A stretch of 64,000 nucleotides of DNA, taken from the NCBI RefSeq assembly GCF_947568905.1, contig NC_079165.1, forward strand, positions 56,358,001 through 56,422,000, given 5' to 3'. Positions 62,018-64,000 of the stretch are shown here, in pieces. How positions within the stretch are numbered: position 1 is the first letter of the stretch; each line of letters starts with the position of its first letter. This DNA comes from Ostrea edulis (lineage: Eukaryota). Both the position numbers and the translations under genes were made by a program. The notes under the pieces are model-generated. The model did no database searches. It saw only the letters and a list, made by a program, of their open reading frames with translations, and had not been told where the DNA came from.

Positions 62018-63039
62018 GTAAGTTTGATGATAAAAATACAGGGTTGAAAACTCAATGAAATTGAGCCAGTCTCAAGGCCGGCAACACTTTTATTAAAAAT
62101 CTGCTAGTTTTGTTATGTTTTTTCTTTTACATGTTTATTTGTGACATTTGTTGTTATACAATGGCTGTTAAAATAAACTTTCCACTGAACTGTCATATGA
62201 AATTTCGTCTTCACTCACCTTAGAAATAGACCATCTCAGGTGGTCAGTCAGACTGTAGTGTAATTTCCAACCCTGATTTATATGATTTTTGTAAATGTGA
62301 GAAATTTAAATGATTGATGCTTTTTTTTTTTTAGCTCTCCTTAAAGAATGTAGATTCATGAATTTCGAATCATGGCTATTGGGGTTTCAGGGTAGGGTGG
62401 GGCCACAATAGGGGATCAAGGTTTTAAATGAATATATGCAAGAAAAAATCATTTTAAAATCTTCTCAAAAACAGCAGGGCCTTGATCGGTCATATTGATA
62501 TGCAAACATCCTCAAGTAATGCACATTCAAGTTTGCTCAAATCAATAGGGTGGGTCCACAAGGGTACCTGTAAAATGTGAAATGAAATCAAAACAAAAAT
62601 GAAATGAAAGGAAACTTACCAAATGAAAAATGGTTAATATGGGTGAGCATCTCAGACCCTTTTGAAAGTTGCCACATATAAATGAACATTGCCTCCCCTT
62701 TGATGTGGTCTCTTGGTAACACAGACATTTAGATTGACCCCGTTCACCTACTTATACTGACTGCATGCCCCGCATGGGTATGTTAAGGCAGGTCATGCTT
62801 CATTTATGCACGTAAACTGCATAATTTTTAAAATCTGTCTTACACAGAGAGAGGGAGCTACTAACTCTTAAAAACTATTTTGGTTGTTTACATGAGAACA
62901 TTTTGTATCATAACAACATGACAAACATGCGCTTCCGTATGACGTCATTGCATGACTGTTATAAATAGATCATGGAGGTACCTTAATAGAAAATGTAAAA
63001 GTAACACATTATCCCAAGATTTAAATATTGGTCTAACTG

Positions 63040-63423
63040 CAGGGCTTGAAGCTAACTTTTTATGTCACCAGTCCAGCCGGACTGATGGGGTATAATTTCA
63101 ACCAGTCCGCAGAAAATTTTACCAGTCCAACAGAGTTTTCCAGAAATGATTAAACATTTAATTTCGTTAATGTTATTAAAACGAAATTTAACTCAATATG
63201 TCTCAGACAATATTGTAACACTTAAATGTGGGATTTATATTTACGAATCAGATTCATCTGATATCTACAGATCGAAGCATGCCAAATGTGTGTATAAAAT
63301 TTCATGAGTATATGCTTTAGAAAATTAACCAGTCCCATCGGACTGACTAAAACAAATGTCAGTCAGTCTGCCAGACTTTTAACCAGTCACAGACTGACGG
63401 GCATATGTTAATTTCGAGCCCTG
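63040..63423. mobile_element. 384-bp non-autonomous TIR element (CAGGGCT..AGCCCTG)
   Basis: Short TIR, internal ACCAGTCC / GGACTG repeats, AACTG on both flanks. Confidence 0.8.
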
Positions 63424-64000
63424 AACTGGCGATAATGACGGTAAAATACCCCTAGTATATCAGAATTACTGATAGAATCCTACCACTTTCAATAAGAAAT
63501 AATTATTGAACATTTAAACACGAAACCATCTAGCCCATGTTTTACATTTTGCACTGATGCTATGCAGTTTTCTTTAAAAGTTTTCTTAACAGACGATTCT
63601 ATCAGTAATTGCCGTGTACATTAGTTTATGACCTTTCAAACGGTGTATAAAAAGTCTCTAAAAGTATGCGGCCAAATGTGCTACTTTTGCAGTTTTATTT
63701 CAGTCTGTGACAGAGGAAAATCGGATCGACATGCTAAATGGAATGTTTTCTCTGTTAAACAAAATTGTCAATGAATGACATCAACATACCTTCTTAATAT
63801 CAATAAATTCTCAGCGTTTCACATATATATTCCATATATCCCATGTCATATTTCAAATACTCCACATTTTGTCGATATTTGCATGGCACACATAAACAAA
63901 TTCCTTGCATGTGTCAACGTGACTCGATGTATAGTCATGACGTCATCAGTTTACTTTCATATCAATCAGACAGAAATTGCACAACAGCAGTATAGCATTT

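Overview
AT-rich eukaryotic (animal) genomic DNA with spliceosomal introns and a 170-N assembly gap (9086-9255). The repeat families look like those of bivalve molluscs, probably an oyster; this is inferred from the repeats and not proven. I reconstructed seven genes by hand from splice sites. Four form a cluster of two-exon dual-specificity phosphatases: a canonical DUSP19 and three shorter, divergent paralogues, one inverted and carrying an atypical N-C-x5-R P-loop. The others are an ING1/2-family PHD gene, CFAP97, and a head-to-head HMG-box gene that runs off the window. A full-length but decayed Ty3/Gypsy element (22006-30055, minus strand) lies between the DUSP genes. It has short LTRs, a 4-bp TSD, a tRNA-Pro PBS, a -1 frameshift signal and an unexpected MYND-type zinc finger at the start of Pol. 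It inserted into an older Penelope-like relic and later received three nested TIR insertions with 9-10 bp TSDs. The rest is non-autonomous transposons, SINEs and minisatellites. There is no CRISPR array, rRNA or intact tRNA gene. The best leads are the MYND-bearing Gypsy, the divergent DUSP19 subfamily and a 10-bp-TSD MITE family that shrinks to a 62-bp hairpin. I cannot establish novelty without database searches.
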